A stretch of DNA of 63,127 bases, filler included, from Squatina squatina (taxonomy: Eukaryota): assembly GCA_031763465.1 (NCBI GenBank). It is 3 parts of 3 records of this genome, joined end to end, with 100 filler letters (N's around TTAATTAATTAA, not from the genome) between each part and the next. Parts side by side here need not be neighbours in the genome. Positions count along the whole stretch, not along the records: positions 50,754 to 63,127 come from JARFOE010000192.1; 2 more parts are not named here. One strand, 5' to 3'. Each line of letters begins with the position of its first letter. The stretch's first letter is position 1. Below the pieces are notes generated by a model. The model saw only the letters and a program-made list of their open reading frames with translations. It was not told where the DNA came from and searched no databases. This document shows, one piece after another, positions 61,859 to 63,127 of this stretch. The position numbers and the translations under genes are program-made.

Positions 61859-62974
61859 TGTCTGATACTTGATGCACTGCACCCAGAACAATTTGCTTCT
61901 ACACGTAATGATCTGTTTGTGCTTTTATTCTGACACTGTTGAGTAGCATTCATCCCAAACATCCTAGCATTAAAACCCAGCTGTGATAAAATCTTAGCCA
62001 CACATATGATAATTAGAATCCTTTCTGGGATAAATATTAACTGATGTGAAAACAGACAAGACAGATGAACAATGGTAACATTACAGCTAATGGCCTCTTT
62101 ACAATCTCAACCCTGGCAGCAGCCCAGCGTGTAAAGTGAGACAGCAAGACAAGGTAGAGGGCAGTCCAAGAGCAGAACCTCTGCTTTGATGAAAATTGTA
62201 AACAATGTAAAGTTTAATGTCTGAGTGAAAATAAAGCTTCCGTTTGGTGCCGAGAAGGTCCATTTCTATCTGCTTCACGGGGCAGAAAGCCTCGACGACC
62301 AAACCAACAATGAAAGCTGTCAGCGATTGATTCAGCATTCCAACTCCTGCCTTTTTCATTCCCTCCTTTCTTTGTGCCATTGTCACTGGACTGGAACACT
62401 TCATTGTTCCACACTAGGCTTTTGTGAGCTTGAAAATCAGTTGAAACTCTTTAGAGTTTGACAGGTTGTTTTAACCCAGCTGTGGTTGGCTTAGTTTCAC
62501 GTGAACCCTTAATCACTTCAGGTAGTCTTGGAGAAGTTTGTCCATTTACTAAACATTTCCCATCGGTGAGCACAGAGCTGGGAAAAGAACCATTCTGGGT
62601 CTTAAGTTCCCATGACCGGAGATCACAAAGATTACTGAATAAAAAAATCAGGATCACACATTTCCCTCCTGGTAAGTTTGTTATTTTAGAAAACAAGGAA
62701 GTAGGTTATCAAAGGGAGGGCAGATGCTTAATGGGGCTGCAGTTTGTTAGGTGAAATGTAGATGCTTGTAGATGCCATAACTTCTCAAACGTGCTTCCGA
62801 CCATCCCACCTCCTCTTCAATATCTAGGCAACAGCAGATAATTCTATGTGGAGTAAACTCCAGTGTTGTTTTAGGGAGTCCAAAAACACAAATTGCCAAT
62901 AAATTCTGAAAAGTTGCTGACGGGATTTTCAAAATCAGCACATCCAGAAACCCGGTTAAATAAAATTTTAGGAT

Positions 62975-63127
62975 GTCGGCCGTGCCTCAGCGTTAGGCTC
63001 ACTCTCGCCTCTGAGTCAGAAGGTCGTGGGTTCAAGTCCAGTTTCAGAGACGTTAAGCACATAGTCTGGGCTGAGGGAGTGCTGCACTGTCAGAGGTGCC
63101 GTCTTTCGGATGAGACGTCAAATTGAG
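62975..63127 (+). mobile_element. Deu-domain SINE 5' end with tRNA-derived head, truncated by the window end
   Basis: A-box-like gtgcctcagcgttagg, B-box GGTTCAAGTCC, then gaggtgccgtctttcggatgagacgt. Confidence 0.85.

Noticed and set aside
62975-63050. Possible tRNA gene
   Set aside because: The A/B boxes continue directly into a Deu-SINE body, and there is no cloverleaf or terminator.
1-63127. CRISPR array or prokaryotic defence system
   Set aside because: The window is a spliced vertebrate locus with no regularly spaced repeat-spacer array or operon-like ORFs.

Overview
AT-rich vertebrate genomic window, most likely from a cartilaginous fish (shark). This assignment is inferred from the repeat content: Deu-domain SacSINE1-like SINEs, shark-type CR1, L2 and Penelope elements, and Harbinger elements. 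The assembly is fragmented, with many 100-N gaps, two of which carry an artificial TTAATTAATTAA linker, so order and orientation across gaps are uncertain. The only host gene I can support is DNAJB9 (ERdj4/MDG1): two coding exons (106-322 and 1070-1509, 218 aa) and a probable 3'UTR of about 1.5 kb. The remaining ~60 kb is intergenic. It holds decayed CR1 and L2 LINEs, Penelope-like retroelements (one with a minimal hammerhead ribozyme), Deu-SINEs, an LF-SINE-like relic, many PIF/Harbinger remnants (transposase, Myb/SANT partner and MITE ends), and unique stretches that may be enhancers. I found no intact novel multi-gene system. The best leads are the Penelope hammerhead, the LF-SINE-like element in a probable shark, the two-component Harbinger family, a triplicated GC-rich hairpin module, several perfect hairpins and template-switch footprints, and a possible alternative-polyadenylation/miR-17~92 switch in the DNAJB9 3'UTR. 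Repeat family names come from remembered consensus motifs, not database searches, and repeat boundaries are approximate.
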